Positions 60,325 through 64,000 of a DNA stretch of 64,000 nt are shown in pieces. A model generated the notes under the pieces. It saw only the letters and a program-made list of their open reading frames with translations, searched no databases and was not told where the DNA came from. How positions within the stretch are numbered: the stretch's first letter is position 1; the number at the start of each line of letters is the position of its first letter. The DNA is from an uncultured Chloroflexia bacterium (GTDB taxonomy: Bacteria; Chloroflexota; Limnocylindria; Limnocylindrales; CSP1-4), in assembly GCA_963763775.1 (NCBI GenBank), contig CAVXPZ010000001.1:1056001-1120000 (forward strand). Reading direction: 5' to 3'. The position numbers and the translations under genes are program-made.

Positions 60325-61298
60325 ACGTCGTGGTCCTCGCCGGCGGCACGGGCGGGGCGAAGCTCGCGCACGGGTTCCAGCAGGTCCTCGAGCCGGGTGA
60401 GCTCAGCGTCATCGTCAACACGGGCGACGACGTCATCCGCCACGGCCTGCTCGTGATGCCCGATCACGACGCGGTGATGTACATGCTCGCCGGGTTGTTC
60501 GACGACGAACGCGGCTGGGGCATCCGCGACGAGACGTGGGCCGCGATGGGCATGCTCGGGCGGTACGGCGAGGACACGTGGTTCGGGCTCGGCGACCGGG
60601 ACTTCGGCACGCACATCGCACGCAACGTCCGTCTGCTCGGCGGCCTGACGACGACCGAGGCCGTCCTCGAGCTCCAGGCGGCCCTCGGGATCCCCAGCGC
60701 CATCCTGCCGATGGCCGACGAGCCTGTACGGACCTCGGTACGGACCGAGGCGGGCTGGCTCGACTTCCAGGAGTACTTCGTCCACCAGCACCAGGGCCCC
60801 GAGGTCTTCGAGGTGCGCTTCGACGGCATCGATGCCGCCCGGCCTACCACCCAGGTCCGCGCCGCGATCGGCGCAGCCGACGTGATCGTCATCGGGCCGT
60901 CGAACCCGCTGGTGTCACTGGGGCCGATCCTTGCCGTGCCGGCGATGGCCGAACTGCTGGCGCGGGCACGGTCCCGCGGGACCCCGGTCGTCGCGGTGAG
61001 CGGCATCGTCGGCGGTGCGGCCCTGAAAGGGCCGGCGGACCGGATGCTCACCTCGATGGGCCACGAGTCGAGCGCCCGCGGCGTGGCCGGGATGCTCGCC
61101 ACGCACGTTGACGCGTTCGTGCTCGACACCATCGATGCGGACCAGGCGCCCGAGATCGAGGCCCTGGGCCTGCGGACCTTCGTGACCGACACGATCATGC
61201 GCGACGATGACGGGCGAGCGCGGCTGGCGCGCGAGGTGCTCGACTTCATCGCGCCGCCGCCCGCCGACACCCCCGCTGACACCCTCGCCGAGCCGTGA
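60321..61298 (+). CDS. cofD: 2-phospho-L-lactate/phosphoenolpyruvate transferase (CofD/FbiA)
   Basis: 'LAGGTGGAKL', 'NTGDD', 'WFGLGDRD', 'FQEYFV', 'PSNPLVS', 'KGPA'. Confidence 0.95.
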   Translation: MNVVVLAGGTGGAKLAHGFQQVLEPGELSVIVNTGDDVIRHGLLVMPDHDAVMYMLAGLFDDERGWGIRDETWAAMGMLGRYGEDTWFGLGDRDFGTHIARNVRLLGGLTTTEAVLELQAALGIPSAILPMADEPVRTSVRTEAGWLDFQEYFVHQHQGPEVFEVRFDGIDAARPTTQVRAAIGAADVIVIGPSNPLVSLGPILAVPAMAELLARARSRGTPVVAVSGIVGGAALKGPADRMLTSMGHESSARGVAGMLATHVDAFVLDTIDADQAPEIEALGLRTFVTDTIMRDDDGRARLAREVLDFIAPPPADTPADTLAEP

Positions 61299-61918
61299 GG
61301 ATCGCCGCGATCATCCCGGTCGCCAACCTCGAAGGCGCCAAGACCCGGCTCGGCGAGACGCTCGATGCCGAGGAGCGGCATGACCTCGTCACGGGGCTGA
61401 TGGCACGGACCGTGGTGACCGCCCTGGCCGCTCCGGGCCTCGAGGACGTCCTCGTCGTCAGCCCGGACCGTGAGGTGCTGGCCCGCGCGGCCGAACTCGG
61501 GGCACGCACCCTTCGCCAGCGGTCGCGCGGCCTCAACGCGGGTGTCCGCGACGGCCGCGACGATGCCATGGCCGGTGGCGCCGACGCGATCCTGGTCCTC
61601 CCGATCGACCTGCCGTTCGTCAGCGACGCAGCCATCGGAGCCGTGCTCGCGCCCCTCGTCGCCGACGCGGTCCCGCCGATCGTGGTGCTCGTCACGGACC
61701 GCCACGGAACGGGGACCAACGCCCTCGTCCTGCGGCCGCCCGACGTGATCGACGTCGCCTTCGGCCCGGGCAGCCGCGCCCGACACCGCGACCGGGCGGA
61801 AGCCGTCGGGGCCTCCTATATCGAGATCGCCGAGTCGCCGCTCAGCGTGGACCTCGACACGCCCGAGGACCTGGTACTGGTCGCCTCGAAGGCCCCGGAG
61901 CGCCTCGGTGTCGGCTGA
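61295..61918 (+). CDS. cofC: 2-phospho-L-lactate/PEP guanylyltransferase (CofC/FbiD)
   Basis: 'IPV....AKTRL', 'GLN', 'DLP', 'GTNAL', 'FGPGS...H', 'DLDTPEDL'. Confidence 0.93.
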   Translation: MRIAAIIPVANLEGAKTRLGETLDAEERHDLVTGLMARTVVTALAAPGLEDVLVVSPDREVLARAAELGARTLRQRSRGLNAGVRDGRDDAMAGGADAILVLPIDLPFVSDAAIGAVLAPLVADAVPPIVVLVTDRHGTGTNALVLRPPDVIDVAFGPGSRARHRDRAEAVGASYIEIAESPLSVDLDTPEDLVLVASKAPERLGVG

Positions 61919-62684
61919 GTCGCACGGGATCTCGGTCCTCGCCATCGACGGCATCCCGGAGATCCGTCTCGGCGACGACCTCCCGACGATCGTCGCCGAG
62001 GCGATCGCGGCCACCACCGACGCCCTCCCGCTGCGCGACGACGACGTCCTGGTCGTCACCCAGAAGGTCGTCTCCAAGGCCGAAGGCGCGTTCGTGGACC
62101 TGACCGGGGTCGAGCCGCGACCCGAGGCGATCGCCTTCGCCGAGGCGTATGACCGCGATGCCCGCCAGATCGAAGTCGTCCTGCGCGAGGCACGACGCGT
62201 CGTCCGGATGGCCCGTGGCGTCCTGATCACCGAGACCCACCACGGCTTCGTCTGTGCCAACGGCGGTGTCGACGCCTCGAACGTCGGCCCGGGCTCCGGC
62301 TCGATCGTCACGCTGCTCCCACGCGATCCCGATGCGTCGGCGGGCCGCATCCGTGCTGCCGTTCGCGGCCGGTTCGGCGTCGACGTACCGGTCATCGTGT
62401 CGGACTCGTTCGGCCGGCCGTGGCGGTGGGGCATCGTCGATGTCGCGATCGGCGTCTCCGGTCTTCAGCCACTCGAGGACCTGCGCGGCGTCCCGGACGC
62501 CGACGGCCGCGTGATGCGCTCGACGGTGCGGGCCGTCGCCGACGAGCTCGCCTCCGCCGCCGAGCTGGCGCTCGGCAAGACCGCGGCACGTCCCGTCGCC
62601 CTCGTCCGAGGCGCCTCGTTCCTGCGCGGCGAAGGCGCGATCGCCGACCTGGTCATGCCCGCCGAGAACGACCTCTTTCCATAG
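61908..62684 (+). CDS. cofE: Coenzyme F420-0:L-glutamate ligase, single-domain
   Basis: 'GDDL', 'QKVVSKAEG', 'ANGGVDASN', 'LLPRDPDASA', 'SDSFGRPWR', 'ADELA'. Confidence 0.95.
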   Translation: MSAESHGISVLAIDGIPEIRLGDDLPTIVAEAIAATTDALPLRDDDVLVVTQKVVSKAEGAFVDLTGVEPRPEAIAFAEAYDRDARQIEVVLREARRVVRMARGVLITETHHGFVCANGGVDASNVGPGSGSIVTLLPRDPDASAGRIRAAVRGRFGVDVPVIVSDSFGRPWRWGIVDVAIGVSGLQPLEDLRGVPDADGRVMRSTVRAVADELASAAELALGKTAARPVALVRGASFLRGEGAIADLVMPAENDLFP

Positions 62685-62809
62685 GAGCCGCCCTGACCGA
62701 CCGTCGGCCGAGCCCAGGACCGACCGGCCACGTGCTCGGCAGAAGGCCTATACGACCATGGGGCATCGTGGTGGTATGGCGCACCACGTCACTCCCCTAC
62801 CCTCGCTCG

Positions 62810-64000
62810 GTGGACGACGTCCGCGCGAAGCACGCCGCGGTCGGGACCGTCGAGGCAGTCATGCCCCGCGATCCTGGCGTCGACGCACGCCCGGACACTG
62901 AGCGGCACGAGGACGCGGCCGCGCCGGCGACCTCGTCGCGAGGCCATTCGGCCACGACTCGCGCCGCGCTCGACCTCCTGCCGTTCACCGCCGTCGTCGC
63001 GAGCGCCCTGCTGCTCGCAAGCGACCAGATCGTCGGCGGCAGCTTCAGCCTCATCGACCTCGGGGCACTCGCGGTCATCGTGGTCGTCGGTCTGCGGCAA
63101 TCGCGCATCGTCCGTGAGCGGGGCCGGCTGCTGACGCAGGCACGCCAGTCCAGCGCTGCGCTCACCGAGGCGCTCCGCGAGCGCGCGGCGGCCGATTCGC
63201 GCTATCAGACGCTCGTCGAGAAGGTCCCGGCCGCCGTCTACATCGATGTCGCCGATCCCGACGTGACCGACGGCGGGCATCTCGCCTATCTCAGCCCCCA
63301 GATCGAGTCGATCCTGGGCTACCCGCCGCAGGCGTTCCTCGCCGACCCGGAGCTGTGGCCCAGCCTCACGCATCCCGATGACCGCGCGAAGACCGTCACC
63401 GCGCTCAAGGACCATTGGACGACCGGGCTGCCGCTCCGCATCGACTACCGGATGATCGCGGCCGACGGGTCGATCGTGTGGGTCCACGACGAGGCCTACG
63501 CGATGCGCGACGAGTCGACCGGTGGCCGGCGCGTGTCCCAGGGCCTGCTGGTCGACACGACCGAGCAGAAACGGCTCGAGGCGCAACTCCTCCACGACGC
63601 GTTCCACGACCCGCTCACGGGCCTCGCCAACCGCGCGCTCTTCCGCGAGCACCTGGACCGGACGCTCGAGCGTGCCCGGCGGCGCCGGACCGCGGTCGCC
63701 GTCCTGTTCCTCGACATCGACGACTTCAAGGTCGTCAACGACTCGCTCGGGCACGGCGCGGGCGACCGATTGCTCGTCGAGGTCGCGCATCGTCTGTCGG
63801 GCGTCGTGCGGGCCGGTGACGTCGCCGCGCGACAGGGTGGCGACGAGTTCACGGTGCTCATCGAGCGCGTCCGCGACGAGAGCGAGGCCGTGGCCATGGC
63901 CGAGCGGATCGCGACCGAGCTGGGCCGCCCGATCGAGCTCGACGGACGGCCGCTCGTCGTCGGGGTCAGCATCGGCATCGCCCTCGCGCGCGGCAAGGAC
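62810..64000 (+). CDS. Membrane PAS-GGDEF diguanylate cyclase, truncated by the window end (absent from the ORF track)
   Basis: Frame from GTG 62810 (TACCCT -10): 2 TM helices, PAS 'YLSPQIESILGY...HPDD', 'HDPLTGLANR', 'DIDDFKVVNDSLGH', 'RQGGDEF'. Confidence 0.92.
   Translation, partial: MDDVRAKHAAVGTVEAVMPRDPGVDARPDTERHEDAAAPATSSRGHSATTRAALDLLPFTAVVASALLLASDQIVGGSFSLIDLGALAVIVVVGLRQSRIVRERGRLLTQARQSSAALTEALRERAAADSRYQTLVEKVPAAVYIDVADPDVTDGGHLAYLSPQIESILGYPPQAFLADPELWPSLTHPDDRAKTVTALKDHWTTGLPLRIDYRMIAADGSIVWVHDEAYAMRDESTGGRRVSQGLLVDTTEQKRLEAQLLHDAFHDPLTGLANRALFREHLDRTLERARRRRTAVAVLFLDIDDFKVVNDSLGHGAGDRLLVEVAHRLSGVVRAGDVAARQGGDEFTVLIERVRDESEAVAMAERIATELGRPIELDGRPLVVGVSIGIALARGKD

Noticed and set aside
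1-64000. Prophage, integron, IS element, rRNA or tRNA genes
   Set aside because: No integrase, transposase, phage structural or stable-RNA signatures were recognised, and composition looks uniform by eye.

Overview
Very GC-rich (roughly 70%+ by eye), gene-dense chromosomal window. Gene content (F420 cofD/cofC/cofE, DUF3090 + SCO1664-type pair, homodimeric AceE, LLM/PPOX oxidoreductases) suggests a terrestrial Chloroflexota (Limnocylindria-like) or Actinomycetota genome; this taxonomy is inference only. About 60 genes are recognisable, mostly metabolic, envelope and signalling. No rRNA, tRNA, CRISPR array, integrase or transposase was seen. Many genes carry 1-3 frameshifts, as expected from uncorrected long-read indels, and one TM0106-type nuclease-helicase gene (23.9-27.5 kb) is far more heavily broken. 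The most notable unexplained structure is at 49.5-52.3 kb. Two diverged copies (85/120 ungapped identities, hand count) of a ~128-bp palindromic REP/MITE-like element bracket a cassette containing an ECF sigma factor, a zinc anti-sigma/beta-propeller protein, two back-to-back GTGACA-N15/16-CGTC promoter-like motifs and a small membrane peptide. Other leads: pervasive leaderless gene starts, small Cys-rich proteins (one behind a long structured leader), a membrane protein with duplicated EF-hand-like domains, a possibly split histidine kinase in a stress cluster, a Sec/Tat dual-targeted molybdoenzyme, and an F420 operon with no visible dehydro-F420 reductase.
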